Below are positions 7,459 through 17,893 of a DNA stretch of 31,974 bases, piece by piece. The notes under the pieces are model-generated. The model was not told the DNA's origin. It saw nothing but the letters and a program-made list of their open reading frames with translations, and ran no database searches. The stretch is taken from positions 26,224 to 58,197 of the forward strand of contig JALTLO010000086.1 of NCBI GenBank assembly GCA_027001995.1, in the 5' to 3' direction. The stretch's first letter is position 1. Every line of letters begins with the position of its first letter. Made by a program: the position numbers and the translations under genes. The DNA comes from Planctomycetota bacterium (GTDB taxonomy: Bacteria; Planctomycetota; GCA-002687715; DRQF01).

Positions 7459-9729
7459 TTATCTGGGGCGCTCATTGTCTTTCCGTGTCGGCTTAACCAC
7501 CAAATAAGGGCCCGGCCAACTCTGATCAGGATAACCGTAGCGCTCTGCCGCATGCAAAGTCAAATACGGATTCTTTAGGTGGGGCCTGGCCATGGCGATG
7601 AGATCGGCACGACCAGCAGCCAAGATCGTGTTGGCGTGATCTTCGCCCAAGATCGCCCCCACAGTCATCACGGGCATGTCAACATCAAAACGAATGCGCT
7701 CGGCGAATGGAAGTTGGTACATCCGCCCGTAGATTGGCTTGGATTCAGGAGAGTTGCCGGCAGTGGAAACGTCGACGACATCGCAGCCAATTTCTTTAAG
7801 GGAGCGAGCAAAGACGACGGAATCGTCTTCGGTTGTTCCTTCGGGTTCAAGCCAATCTGTGGCCGAGATACGCACGAAGAGGGGCTTTTCTTGGGGCCAA
7901 ACGGCTCGAACGGCAGAAACGACTTCCAGAGGATAACGCAGGCGGTTAACCAAGGTGCCTCCATATTCATCCGTACGCTGGTTCGACAGAGGTGAGACGA
8001 AGCTTGAGAGCAAATAACCATGAGCCACATGGACTTCCACACAGTCAAAACCCGCTTCTTCACAGCGCTTTGCCGCCGCGACGAAATCGTTCTTGACTTG
8101 ATCCATATCCTCGCGGGTCATCTCCTTGGGGGGCGGCATGATACCGTCAAAGGAAATGGCACTGGGTCCGATGGTCTGCCAGCCCCCCTGTTCAATCGAT
8201 AAGGGCGCTTCGTCCCGGTTCCATGAATGTTGCATGGACCCTTTGCGCCCGGCGTGAGCCAACTGCATACCGATCTTGCTGGCTGATGATTGGTGGACGA
8301 AATCGACGATCCGCTTCCAGCCATGTGTTTGCTCGTTGTTCCACATGCCAGCGCAACCTGGGCTAATGCGCCCATCAGGGCTCACATTCGTCATTTCCGT
8401 GAACACAAGGCCCGCTCCCCCCACAGCTCGTGAGCCATAGTGAACCAGGTGCCAATCGTTCGGCATTCCATCAGTCGCCGAGTATTGACACATGGGGCTC
8501 ACCACGATGCGATTGGCCAGGGTCATTTCTCTCAATTTCAAGGGCGTAAACATGGGAGGAGGGTTCTCCCCCTCCGAAGTCTTCGAAGCTCCCACATCTT
8601 GGCGGTAGAAATCCCGGGTGCGAGCCACCAATTCAGGGTCTCGCAATTCGAGATTGTCGTAGGTAATGGCCTTCGACCGTGTCATCAGATTGAAGCAGAA
8701 TTGCACTGGGTCCTGCTTCATGTAACGAGCAGTATTTTCGAACCATTCCAAGCTGGTTTGAGCTGCCTTTTGAAGTTTGAGGACATCAACCCAGCGTTCA
8801 TCTTCGTAATGGCGCAATGCCTTGGGGACATCATCCCAGCCTACTTGCTTGAAAGCTTCCACCAAAGCAATGGCGCTCTCCATGGCAAGTTTCGTGCCAG
8901 AGCCGATGGAGTAGTGGGCCGTGCATGCGGAGTCGCCTAAGAGAACAATGTTGTCCTTGATCCAGGTTTCATTGCGAACCGTGGGAAAGGTGCGCCAAAT
9001 AGATCGATTGTTCAAAAGTTTGTGGCCCTGCAAATCATCAGCGAAAAGATCTTCGAAGTAAGCGACAGTTTCCGCTTCGCTCACACGATCCAAGCCCGCT
9101 TTCTGCCAAACTTCTTCGCGACATTCGACAATGAACGTCCCCAAACCCTCCTCAAATGGATAGGCGTGGACCTGAAAAAGACCATGCTCATTTTCTTTGA
9201 AGATGAAGGTGAATGCATCCAGCGGTTTGTCCGTTCCCAACCAGGTGAACTTACATTTTCGCCAATCTAAAGATGGCTTGAAGGTGTCGGCAAACTGTTC
9301 TCGAATTTTTGAGTTGACCCCATCAGCGGCGATGATCAAGTCGTAGTCTGCCAATGTCGCGATGTCGTCGACGCGGGTTTCGAAGTGGATGGTGATGCCC
9401 AACTCGATGCACCGGTCCTGAAATATTTTGAGCAAGCGCTTTCGGCTCATGCCACAGAAACCGTGACCTGTCGATTTTATGCAGGTCCCGCCGAAATAGG
9501 TGTCGATTTCCTTCCAGTAGATAAACTGCTCGATGATTTCGTCGTGGCTCTTCTTGTCGTGGGGTTCGAAATTCCCCAGAGTTTCATCGGAAAATACCAC
9601 ACCCCAGCCGAATGTATCGTCCGCACGATTCTGCTCATAGACGACGATGTCGGCCTCGGGGAATGATCGTTTCAGAAGGATAGAAGTGTATAGGCCGCCG
9701 GGGCCCCCGCCAATCGATGCGATGCGCAT
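7459..9729 (-). CDS. Bifunctional anthraniloyl/salicylyl-CoA monooxygenase-reductase (AbmA-like)
   Basis: N-terminal FAD monooxygenase (GGGPGG, DTFGWGVVFSD, HYSIGSGTKLAME) fused to an old-yellow-enzyme domain (SPMCQYSA, QLAHAGRK, HVAHGYLL). Confidence 0.9.
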   Translation of the reverse strand: MRIASIGGGPGGLYTSILLKRSFPEADIVVYEQNRADDTFGWGVVFSDETLGNFEPHDKKSHDEIIEQFIYWKEIDTYFGGTCIKSTGHGFCGMSRKRLLKIFQDRCIELGITIHFETRVDDIATLADYDLIIAADGVNSKIREQFADTFKPSLDWRKCKFTWLGTDKPLDAFTFIFKENEHGLFQVHAYPFEEGLGTFIVECREEVWQKAGLDRVSEAETVAYFEDLFADDLQGHKLLNNRSIWRTFPTVRNETWIKDNIVLLGDSACTAHYSIGSGTKLAMESAIALVEAFKQVGWDDVPKALRHYEDERWVDVLKLQKAAQTSLEWFENTARYMKQDPVQFCFNLMTRSKAITYDNLELRDPELVARTRDFYRQDVGASKTSEGENPPPMFTPLKLREMTLANRIVVSPMCQYSATDGMPNDWHLVHYGSRAVGGAGLVFTEMTNVSPDGRISPGCAGMWNNEQTHGWKRIVDFVHQSSASKIGMQLAHAGRKGSMQHSWNRDEAPLSIEQGGWQTIGPSAISFDGIMPPPKEMTREDMDQVKNDFVAAAKRCEEAGFDCVEVHVAHGYLLSSFVSPLSNQRTDEYGGTLVNRLRYPLEVVSAVRAVWPQEKPLFVRISATDWLEPEGTTEDDSVVFARSLKEIGCDVVDVSTAGNSPESKPIYGRMYQLPFAERIRFDVDMPVMTVGAILGEDHANTILAAGRADLIAMARPHLKNPYLTLHAAERYGYPDQSWPGPYLVVKPTRKDNERPR

Positions 9730-9856
9730 TTTATCTCCTTTTACGTGAACAAGAGACGATAAACGTCACGTTCAAATGAGGCAACGGTGACAGCCCAATC
9801 GTTTGCTTTTCTCAAAGAATTATTTCGATGGCCTTCGCTTACTAAAAGGTTTGTGA

Positions 9857-12019
9857 TCAGAAACGTTCGTGACGCTCCCCAGACCCAATGGCATGTTTAA
9901 GGGTCAAGGCGATGCGTTTGCGCTCTGTATCTACAGAAAGAACCTTTGTTCTGACGGTTTGTCCCAGACTCACCACATCGTGGGGGTTTTGGATATGACG
10001 GCTGGACATTTCGGAAATGTGAACCAATCCGTCTGTATCCAAGCCGATGTCGATGAAGGCACCGAACTCAGTCACATTGCTCACCGTGCCCTGAAGCGTC
10101 ATGCCAATGGTGAGGTCTGTGATTCTGCGAACGTCCGGAGCAAATTCAGCAATCTCGAATTTCGAACGGGGGTCTCGCCCAGGCTCCGCAAGCTCCGCTA
10201 AAATATCGTCGAGGGTTTCTTGGCCGCAACCGGTGGAATGTAACTTTTGGCGTTCGTCGGTGGAGAGGATGATGGTTTGCCCCAATAGACTTTCCGTTGG
10301 GCTCTCTTGATTCTTGGCAATGGCCCGCACGATGCCGTAACTCTCAGGGTGAATCCCGGTTGAATCTAAACACTCGCTGCCTCCACGAATTCTCAGGAAA
10401 CCTGCACATTGGATGAAGGTGTTTTCGCCAATTCCCTTAACTGGGAGAAGGCTCTCGCGGGAGGAAAAGGCCCCGTTCTTCTCTCGATGGGCGACGATTG
10501 ACTTGGCTACTCTCCGGTCTAAACCGGAGACATGCCGGAGCAGTTCGGCACTGGCCGTGTTCAAGTCGACGCCCACGCAGTTCACGCAACTTTCGATTTC
10601 TGCATCGAGAGCCCGCAGTAGATCACCTTCATCTAAGTCATGTTGATATTGGCCTATGCCCAAAGAGCGTGGTTCAATTTTTACCAATTCTGCCAGGGGA
10701 TCTTGCAATCGCCGGGCAATGCTGACGGCTCCACGAAGGCTTATGTCTAAGTCTGGCAAGTCTTCAACTGCCAATTTACTGGCCGAATAAACCGAGGCCC
10801 CAGCTTCGCTGACCCGCACCACATCCACTTTGGCGAAGGGCAATATGTGTTCCTGGAGGAAGATGAGAGATTCTCTTGATCCTTGGCCATTACCCAAGGC
10901 AATGAGTTCAACTTTGTGGTCCTGAATCAAACGGAGCAACGATGTCTTGGCGCGCTCTTCATCGGATCGCGGGGGTGTTGGGTAGATGATGTCAGTAGCC
11001 ACCACAAGGCTGTCCTGGTTGATGACGGCAATCTTGCATCCGGCACGGAAACCAGGGTCGACAGCTAAGATGTTCCGAGCACCCGCTGGTGCCGCCAAGA
11101 GGAGGTCGCGCAAATTCTTACTGAAAACCTGGACTGCTTGTTTGGCGGCACTTTCCTTTTTCTCTCGCACCAATTCTCTTGCTGCAGCGGGTGCCAAGTG
11201 TCGGGTCAAAGCTTCTTCCACGGCGCTCTTGAGATCAGGCCATTGCATTTGATTTGAGCTCGAGAATACCAGCCGAGCAATGATGCCTAAGAGGGAGGAT
11301 TTTTCGTAGTCAAAGCGCCAAGTCAGAGCTTTGGCTGACTCACCTCTGAGAATCGCTAAGAATCGGTGGCCGGAGATGCGCGTCCATGGGGCACTGTGAT
11401 CATAGAAATCTTCGAAGCGTCGATCTTCTCCGGTGTACCCGCGCTTTTTCTTGACCTTGAAGAATGACTCTCCCAAGTATTTCTTGGTGGCATGCTTGGC
11501 TGCGGCCTGTTGGGAGAAGCGTTCGGCAATGATGTAAATCGCACCTTGTATTGCTGCTGTTGTGTCGCCAATTCCTTTGGCTGGATCGACGAAAGGTTTG
11601 GCCAACTCGATGGCCTTTTTGGTTCTCTTGTTGGAGTAGAACTCTTTGGCCAGGGGTTCCAATCCAGCAACTCGGGCCATGTCGGCTCGGGTTTGGCGAC
11701 TACTCTTGAATGGACGATAGAGTTCTTCTAATGCTCCCAAGGATGAGGCGCCAAGAATGGCCTTTTCTAAGGGCTTGGTGAGTTTCTTTTTCTCTTCCAA
11801 AACGTCCAGGATCTTCTGGCGTCGTTTTTCTAACTGCTGAAACTTCTCGGCACTGTCCGCCACATCTCTGAGGGCAAGTTCGTCAATGCCCCGGATCATC
11901 TCTTTGCGATACCGGGCCACGAATGGCAAGCTATTGCCATCCTCCATGAGGCTGAGTGCATTGGCGACAGAGGCCTCCGGGAGCTTGAGTGCTTGAGCAA
12001 TGGTTTTGGCAGCGTTCAT
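9857..12019 (-). CDS. tex: Tex family RNA-binding transcriptional accessory protein
   Basis: PFVARYRKE, DPGFRAGCK, EAGASVYSAS, RRLQDPLAELVKI, GQYQHD, HhH region and C-terminal S1 domain. Confidence 0.95.
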   Translation of the reverse strand: MNAAKTIAQALKLPEASVANALSLMEDGNSLPFVARYRKEMIRGIDELALRDVADSAEKFQQLEKRRQKILDVLEEKKKLTKPLEKAILGASSLGALEELYRPFKSSRQTRADMARVAGLEPLAKEFYSNKRTKKAIELAKPFVDPAKGIGDTTAAIQGAIYIIAERFSQQAAAKHATKKYLGESFFKVKKKRGYTGEDRRFEDFYDHSAPWTRISGHRFLAILRGESAKALTWRFDYEKSSLLGIIARLVFSSSNQMQWPDLKSAVEEALTRHLAPAAARELVREKKESAAKQAVQVFSKNLRDLLLAAPAGARNILAVDPGFRAGCKIAVINQDSLVVATDIIYPTPPRSDEERAKTSLLRLIQDHKVELIALGNGQGSRESLIFLQEHILPFAKVDVVRVSEAGASVYSASKLAVEDLPDLDISLRGAVSIARRLQDPLAELVKIEPRSLGIGQYQHDLDEGDLLRALDAEIESCVNCVGVDLNTASAELLRHVSGLDRRVAKSIVAHREKNGAFSSRESLLPVKGIGENTFIQCAGFLRIRGGSECLDSTGIHPESYGIVRAIAKNQESPTESLLGQTIILSTDERQKLHSTGCGQETLDDILAELAEPGRDPRSKFEIAEFAPDVRRITDLTIGMTLQGTVSNVTEFGAFIDIGLDTDGLVHISEMSSRHIQNPHDVVSLGQTVRTKVLSVDTERKRIALTLKHAIGSGERHERF

Positions 12020-12666
12020 TCTAAGGTGTCCAATAGGTGTGTCTTGACACGAGCAGCAGATGCTTCTCGAATTCCAGAAATAAGTCCCTGGCTATGGCTT
12101 CTTGCCGTTGTGACCGTAAATTTGGCTCGATCGCCGAATTCCCGGGAAATCCCGCGAATCTCATTCATCCTTTGGGCAAGAAAAGACTCGAGACATCCAA
12201 CGTCTTCATAACTCGCTTCCAAAACGATTTGATCTTCGATCCAAATGGTCTCTCGGGGGGTGGCTAAGAGGGCTTCCCGAGCAGTTTCGCCGTAGGCCTT
12301 GATCAATCCCCCCGTTCCCAATTTGGTGCCCCCGAAGTAGCGGGTTACCACAACGATGAGGCCACAAAGCCCGGAAGCACGAATAGCTTGGGCAATTGGT
12401 GCACCGGCTGTTTGCGATGGCTCACCGTCATCGTCAAAGCGTTCAATGGGTTGGTCTACCGGCGGTAAGAGGTAGGCTGAGCAATGGTGGGTGGCACTAT
12501 GGTAGTTCTTCTTGACCTCGTGGAGTTTCAATCTTGCTTCGTCTACAGAACGTGCAGCAAAGCTCTGGCCCAAGAATCTCGAGCCCTTGGCTTTATGTTC
12601 GACTTCTGGCCCGTCTAAGGCTGCCAGCCAAGTGTCTGAGGCGCTATTTATCGTGCGATCGTCCAT
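12016..12666 (-). CDS. yigZ: YigZ/IMPACT family protein
   Basis: KGSRF, ATHHCSAY, DDGEPSQTAG and VTRYFGGTKLGTGGLIKAY. Start placed at ATG 12666 because the longer ORF overlaps hemB. Confidence 0.88.
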   Translation of the reverse strand: MDDRTINSASDTWLAALDGPEVEHKAKGSRFLGQSFAARSVDEARLKLHEVKKNYHSATHHCSAYLLPPVDQPIERFDDDGEPSQTAGAPIAQAIRASGLCGLIVVVTRYFGGTKLGTGGLIKAYGETAREALLATPRETIWIEDQIVLEASYEDVGCLESFLAQRMNEIRGISREFGDRAKFTVTTARSHSQGLISGIREASAARVKTHLLDTLE

Positions 12667-12853
12667 AGATGGGTATGTTAGCCCGTCAAGCCCTCTATCA
12701 CGAGGAGGTGATTCAGCAAATTTCATCATATTCCAAGTCGTCATGGCGATAGATCCAAAATGGGGGAAACAGAGGGGCCAGGTTGGAGCCTGTTGATTTT
12801 CTGCCCCCAGATTGCGATTCTGAGCGGACTTTGAACTCACTGGAGGCCCAAGC

Positions 12854-13870
12854 ATGAATTCCTCTTCGCTCAATGACAATATTCCCGGGTTTCCCAATCT
12901 TCCGATTCGGCCCCGACGCAATCGGCGTAATAAGGCCATTCGAGCCTTGGTGCGGGAAACTAGGCTTTCTCCCGAGTCTTTCATTTTGCCAGTTTTTGTC
13001 GTGGACGGGGAAAATCAACGTATCCCTATTGCCGCAATGCCTGGCTGTTACCGGCTGTCCATCGACGAAACCGTAAAATTGGCAAAAGAGGCCCATGGAT
13101 TGGGGATCTCCGGGATTGCCCCATTTCCAGCCCTGACTGACGACAAAAAGGACTCCATTGCCACAGAATCCACCAATCCTGATGGCCTCTATCAGCGCAC
13201 CATTAAAGAATTGAAGTCGGCTCTGCCAGAGCTTCTGGTGATTTCAGATGTTGCTATGGACCCTTACTCCAGCGATGGTCATGATGGTCTGGTGGAGGAT
13301 GGCCAGATTCTCAACGACGAGACCCTTGAGATTTTAGCCTGTATGGCCGTGTCCCAAGCAGAGGCCGGGTCTGATATCGTGGCCCCATCTGACATGATGG
13401 ACGGAAGGGTGGGGTATATCCGCGACGCTTTGGATCTCGATGGTTTCACGGATGTTGGTATTCTGTCCTATTCGGCCAAGTACGCTTCGGCATTCTACGG
13501 ACCATTCCGGGACGCTTTGGACTCAGCGCCAAAAGCCGGAGATAAGAAGACCTATCAGATGGATCCGGCCAATGGGACGGAAGCTCTGCGGGAGGTCTTC
13601 TTGGATATCGAAGAGGGGGCAGATATGGTCATGGTGAAACCCGGATTGCCTTACCTTGATGTTATTCGTCGTATCAAGGATGCGGTCGAAGTGCCCGTTG
13701 CTGCTTATCACGTCAGCGGGGAGTACGCGATGATCAAGGCTGCCGCGGAAAAAGGTTGGTTAGATGGCAAGGCCGCCATGGTCGAGGCGCATATAGCCCT
13801 CAAGCGTGCCGGTGCCGACATGATTCTCACATATAGCGCCATAGACATGGCGAAGATTTTACAAGGTTAA
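12854..13870 (+). CDS. hemB: Porphobilinogen synthase (DPY-type metal-site region, probably Zn-independent)
   Basis: DVAMDPYSSDGHDG, APSDMMDGR, SYSAKYASAFYGPFRDA, MVKP and YHVSGEY. Confidence 0.97.
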   Translation: MNSSSLNDNIPGFPNLPIRPRRNRRNKAIRALVRETRLSPESFILPVFVVDGENQRIPIAAMPGCYRLSIDETVKLAKEAHGLGISGIAPFPALTDDKKDSIATESTNPDGLYQRTIKELKSALPELLVISDVAMDPYSSDGHDGLVEDGQILNDETLEILACMAVSQAEAGSDIVAPSDMMDGRVGYIRDALDLDGFTDVGILSYSAKYASAFYGPFRDALDSAPKAGDKKTYQMDPANGTEALREVFLDIEEGADMVMVKPGLPYLDVIRRIKDAVEVPVAAYHVSGEYAMIKAAAEKGWLDGKAAMVEAHIALKRAGADMILTYSAIDMAKILQG

Positions 13871-13886
13871 CAGGAGGGACAAAATC

Positions 13887-15782
13887 ATGAGTGAAACACC
13901 AAAAGAATACAAATTTCAAGCCGAGGTCAACCAGGTCCTGAGCATCGTTATCAATTCCCTTTATAGCCACAGGGAGGTTTTTCTGCGTGAGTTGATCTCG
14001 AACGCAGCAGACGCTATCGACAAACTCAGTTTCCAGTCGTTGACCAATCACGACCTCATCCAAGATGATGATGAATTGGAAATCAAGATTCGTGCAGACA
14101 AAGACTCGTCAACAATCACGATTCGTGACAATGGCTTGGGTATGACCAAGGACGATTTGATCGAGAATCTGGGTACCATCGCTCATTCCGGATCGAAGCG
14201 CTTTTTGGAAGCCTTGGAGCAACAAGGAAAGGGCAAAGACTCTGTTGATCTGATTGGGCAGTTTGGCGTTGGCTTCTACAGCTCTTTTTTGGTTGCTGAT
14301 CGAGTTGAAGTGACGAGTCGTGCTGCCGGTTCTGATGAGGTCTGGCGCTGGAGTTCCACGGCGGATAGTGGGTTTACTGTCGAGCAAGTCGAATCTGATT
14401 TCCCACGGGGGACCGAACTTAAGCTCTTTATTGCTGACGAGCACAAGGAGTACTTGGAAGAAGCGCGGCTTCGTCACTTAGTGCAGCGGTATTCTGACTA
14501 CGTCAGCCATCCCATCAAACTGCGAACCACCAAGCAGGTCGGTGAAGACGCCGCTGAAGTCAATTGGGAAATGATCAATAAGGCCGGAGCTCTGTGGAAG
14601 CGTCCCAAGAGCGACATTGATGACGAACAGTATAATGAGTTCTACAAGCATCTCACTAACGACTGGGAAGCGCCCATGGCCAGGGCTCACTTCACCATTG
14701 AAGGGAGCCAGCTTTTTACTGGTCTTGTCTTCATTCCGACGAATCCGCCCTTTGACTTGTTTGACCGCGATCAAAAACACGGTGTTCGTCTCTATGTGAA
14801 GCGGGTGTTCATCATGGACGACTGTGAATCTCTACTTCCAGTTTGGCTCCGTTTCGTTCGTGGCATCGTCGATTCAGACGATCTCCCTTTGAACGTCTCC
14901 CGTGAAGTCTTGCAAGATGACAAGATGGTTCGCGTCATCAAGAAAGGCGTGACTAAGAAAGTCTTGGACGTTATCGAGCAATTGGCCAGTGATGATGCTG
15001 ATGCTTACCAGAAGTTCTGGGGTAACTATGGAAGTGTGCTCAAGGAAGGGATTCACTTTGACTCCGATTTCCGCGATCGCTTAGCCAAGCTTCTTCGCTT
15101 CGCCAGCACGAAGTCTGAGTACACCAGTTTAGATGAATACATCGAACGGATGCCAGAAGACCAATCCGAAATCTACTACGTCATTGGCCCAACGCAGAAC
15201 GCCGTTGAGGGAAGTCCCCACATCGAGGCTCTGAAAAAACGAGGATTCGAAGTCCTTTATATGGTTGACCCCATCGATGAATGGGCTGTGGAAGCGCTCG
15301 CCTCCTATGAGGACAAGAAATTCGTTTCTGCCATGCGCGCCGATCTCGATCTGAACAAAGAAGAGTCAGAGGACGACAAAAAAGAACGGGAAGTTCGTGA
15401 TGAGGGCATGAAGCCCTTGGTCGAAAAAATCGAATCAAGCCTGGCTGATTTGGTGAGCGAAGTTCGTGTTTCAGATCGGCTGACAGACTCACCTGTTTGC
15501 TTGGTGGTCCCAGAAGGCGGAGTTCATGCCCACATCGAACGTCTTCTGCGAGCGCAAAATAAGTCGATGCCAGTGGCCAAGAGAATCCTCGAAATTAACC
15601 CGGACCACCCTGTCATCAAAAAGCTCGGTCGCATGTGTGATGTGGAAGATGAAGCTCCGAAACTCGGTGAGTGGATTTTCCTACTTTATGATCAGGCTTG
15701 TTTGGCTGAAGGAAGCCCGATTGCAGACCCACCCAGTTTCGCTAAACGCATGAGCAAATTGATGGGTGACGCTTTGGCCTAA
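13887..15782 (+). CDS. htpG: Molecular chaperone HtpG (Hsp90)
   Basis: FLRELISNA, DNGLGM, LIGQFGVGFYS and DLPLNVSRE. AGGAGG RBS. Confidence 0.98.
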   Translation: MSETPKEYKFQAEVNQVLSIVINSLYSHREVFLRELISNAADAIDKLSFQSLTNHDLIQDDDELEIKIRADKDSSTITIRDNGLGMTKDDLIENLGTIAHSGSKRFLEALEQQGKGKDSVDLIGQFGVGFYSSFLVADRVEVTSRAAGSDEVWRWSSTADSGFTVEQVESDFPRGTELKLFIADEHKEYLEEARLRHLVQRYSDYVSHPIKLRTTKQVGEDAAEVNWEMINKAGALWKRPKSDIDDEQYNEFYKHLTNDWEAPMARAHFTIEGSQLFTGLVFIPTNPPFDLFDRDQKHGVRLYVKRVFIMDDCESLLPVWLRFVRGIVDSDDLPLNVSREVLQDDKMVRVIKKGVTKKVLDVIEQLASDDADAYQKFWGNYGSVLKEGIHFDSDFRDRLAKLLRFASTKSEYTSLDEYIERMPEDQSEIYYVIGPTQNAVEGSPHIEALKKRGFEVLYMVDPIDEWAVEALASYEDKKFVSAMRADLDLNKEESEDDKKEREVRDEGMKPLVEKIESSLADLVSEVRVSDRLTDSPVCLVVPEGGVHAHIERLLRAQNKSMPVAKRILEINPDHPVIKKLGRMCDVEDEAPKLGEWIFLLYDQACLAEGSPIADPPSFAKRMSKLMGDALA

Positions 15783-15809
15783 ATTTGTCGCAAGATTCGC
15801 CTTTCAATC

Positions 15810-15848
15810 AGCATGGCCAGGAGCGCGTGATCGTTCTTGGCCATTGCT
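15810..15848. terminator. Hairpin between convergent htpG and birA
   Basis: TGGCCAGGAGCG / CGTTCTTGGCCA stem with G-U pairs. No strong U tract. Confidence 0.45.
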
Positions 15849-15857
15849 ATGTTTCGG

Positions 15858-16622
15858 TTAGTAGTCTGTAGGGATGGTCAGGTCATGGCTTGAAATGATG
15901 GATTCCATGGTGCCATCGAGATGTTGGATTTGAAGATAACCTTCTGCAGTTAATCCTTGAACTTGAGCTTCCCATTCTTGGTTTGCTCGACGAAACTTGA
16001 GGGTGCGACCGGGCATCCGACTTCGTGCCATCCAGGGGGAGATCAAGTCTTTGTCTCCAGAAATGGTGCCGTTTAACCAACCAATGAGGGACAAGAGAAC
16101 TTCATTGCGCCTGGGGCAGGTGCCTGCTTCCATGACGACACTTGTGGCTTTGCCGCTGAGCTCAGGTGTGAAACTCTTTTGGAAGAGATTGAGGCCAATG
16201 CCGATGACCCATCCTTGGTGGCCCTGGGGATTTGTTGTCCCTTCTGCCAGAACCCCGGCGATTTTCTTTTTGCCGACCAAGACATCATTGGGCCACTTGA
16301 GGTGCGGATCTAAGTTCAAGTCTTGGTGCAGGAAGTCATGGATGGCGACACAAGGGAGAAAAGCGAGGGGAGAAACCGGAATGTCTCCGATAAGCACGAA
16401 ACTCATCCACAAGCCTAGGGCATCGAGAGATTGCCATTTGTTCCCAGACTGCCCCCGTCCTCCAGTTTGCACGTCACTTAAGAAGATGTCACCATGATCT
16501 GCATGCCCCCGTCTCACTTCTTCGAGGGCGAAAGAATTGGTCGAGTCGATGGATTCAAAATGCCTTATCTTTGATCCGATGGGCAGTCCAGCAAAAAGTT
16601 GTTCTATGTCTTTGATGTTCAC
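15858..16622 (-). CDS. birA: Biotin--[acetyl-CoA carboxylase] ligase without HTH
   Basis: SIDSTN, QTGGRGQ, KWPNDV, KIAGVL and IGIGLN. GTG 16622 is the likely start. Confidence 0.9.
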   Translation of the reverse strand: MNIKDIEQLFAGLPIGSKIRHFESIDSTNSFALEEVRRGHADHGDIFLSDVQTGGRGQSGNKWQSLDALGLWMSFVLIGDIPVSPLAFLPCVAIHDFLHQDLNLDPHLKWPNDVLVGKKKIAGVLAEGTTNPQGHQGWVIGIGLNLFQKSFTPELSGKATSVVMEAGTCPRRNEVLLSLIGWLNGTISGDKDLISPWMARSRMPGRTLKFRRANQEWEAQVQGLTAEGYLQIQHLDGTMESIISSHDLTIPTDY

Positions 16623-16676
16623 GACGAGATTGTGCCGTCGAAAGCAGGTTTCTGCAATCGTTTGAGAGAAATAGCT

Positions 16677-16976
16677 ATGCATGTCATTGCCGATGTTTGT
16701 GTAATTCCCTTAGGAGTTGGCGTTTCTGTCTCCAAATATGTCGCCGCATGCCAAGGTGTCTTCGATGAAGCAGGTTTGAGCTACAGAATTCACAGTTATG
16801 GCACGAATTTAGAAGGCGAATGGGATGTGGTCATGGATGCCATCAAGAAGTGCCACGAGGTCGTGCATCATATGGGTGCCCCCAGGCTTTCGACGCAGAT
16901 AAAAGTTGGGACACGGATAGATCGTTCTCAGACGATGGCTGACAAGATTCGGAGCGTCGAAGAAAAACTCTCTTAG
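16677..16976 (+). CDS. MTH1187 family thiamine-binding protein
   Basis: MHVIADVCVIPLG...SVSKYV...GTNLEGEW...GAPR...TRIDR pattern. Confidence 0.9.
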   Translation: MHVIADVCVIPLGVGVSVSKYVAACQGVFDEAGLSYRIHSYGTNLEGEWDVVMDAIKKCHEVVHHMGAPRLSTQIKVGTRIDRSQTMADKIRSVEEKLS

Positions 16977-17002
16977 GCAAGATCAACGGGGTGCGTTGAT
17001 GA

Positions 17003-17893
17003 TCACTGCGAGATGAGAACGACACCGCAGAGAGCGACGATTGTGCCTAAGAGGATGCGAATAGGAATCGGCACGCGCTCTTGCCAAGCTGTCATTGGAA
17101 CTAAGAAAACAGGTGTCAGGGAAAGAACCGCGGCTGCCACTGCCGGTTTTGACTCATCAATGGCGACCATCATTGTCAAGATACCCAAGTAGGTGCCCAG
17201 AAACACGGGAAGCCAGCCCATGCGAAAAACTTGTTTGTCAAAGATGGTCCTGACAACGAAGCTGCCCCGTCCGATGGCGGCTAGCCCGAGACTCATGCCT
17301 AAAGCCGCCCCCATGAGCCGAATAAAACCTGTGTGGATCGGATGATTGGCTCCTGTTGCTTCCTTGGCGATCAAGATACCTGCAGCTTGGCAGAAAGAGG
17401 CCAGAAGACCCCAGAGGAGACCTCGGGTCCAGTCCTTCTTGTTGTGATTGGCTTGTGGTTTTTGGTTGCGTGTGACATCAATGACCCCCAACATGACCAA
17501 AAGCACCCCATAGAATTCCAGAGTTGATAAAGGCGTAGCAGAACCAAAGACATGGAACAGCAGTAAGAACACGGGATTGGTCGCGTGAATCAAGGCAGCT
17601 TGCCTTGGACCAAGCTTGTCGATGGCTTGAAAGAAACCGAAGTCTCCGATGGCCATGCCCACAACCCCAGACGCCAGAAGCAAATAGGATTCCTCCCAAT
17701 TGGGGAGGGGGATGTCACCCAAGAATACCAAGGCAGCACTACTCAAGGCAAAGAGCACACTGGCCAAGCAGACCTTGTAGAGGTTGCATGCCAGGGCACC
17801 GCGCTCAGCTAAGAGCTTGTGAAACAGGAGGATGGAAAATGACCAAGAGAGGGTGGCGAAAACTCCGGCAGCTGGTCCAATGAGTTGATTCAT
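17003..17893 (-). CDS. DMT/EamA family transporter
   Basis: About 10 hydrophobic helices in two repeats, SGVVGMAIGD. Start overlaps the upstream stop (ATGA). Confidence 0.85.
   Translation of the reverse strand: MNQLIGPAAGVFATLSWSFSILLFHKLLAERGALACNLYKVCLASVLFALSSAALVFLGDIPLPNWEESYLLLASGVVGMAIGDFGFFQAIDKLGPRQAALIHATNPVFLLLFHVFGSATPLSTLEFYGVLLVMLGVIDVTRNQKPQANHNKKDWTRGLLWGLLASFCQAAGILIAKEATGANHPIHTGFIRLMGAALGMSLGLAAIGRGSFVVRTIFDKQVFRMGWLPVFLGTYLGILTMMVAIDESKPAVAAAVLSLTPVFLVPMTAWQERVPIPIRILLGTIVALCGVVLISQ

Noticed and set aside
12667..12984. N-terminal extension of YigZ
   Set aside because: Overlaps hemB on the opposite strand. Family similarity begins only after Met at 12666.
12667..13886. 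CIRCE heat-shock operator for hemB-htpG
   Set aside because: No TTAGCACTC-N9-GAGTGCTAA match seen in the upstream intergenic segments.
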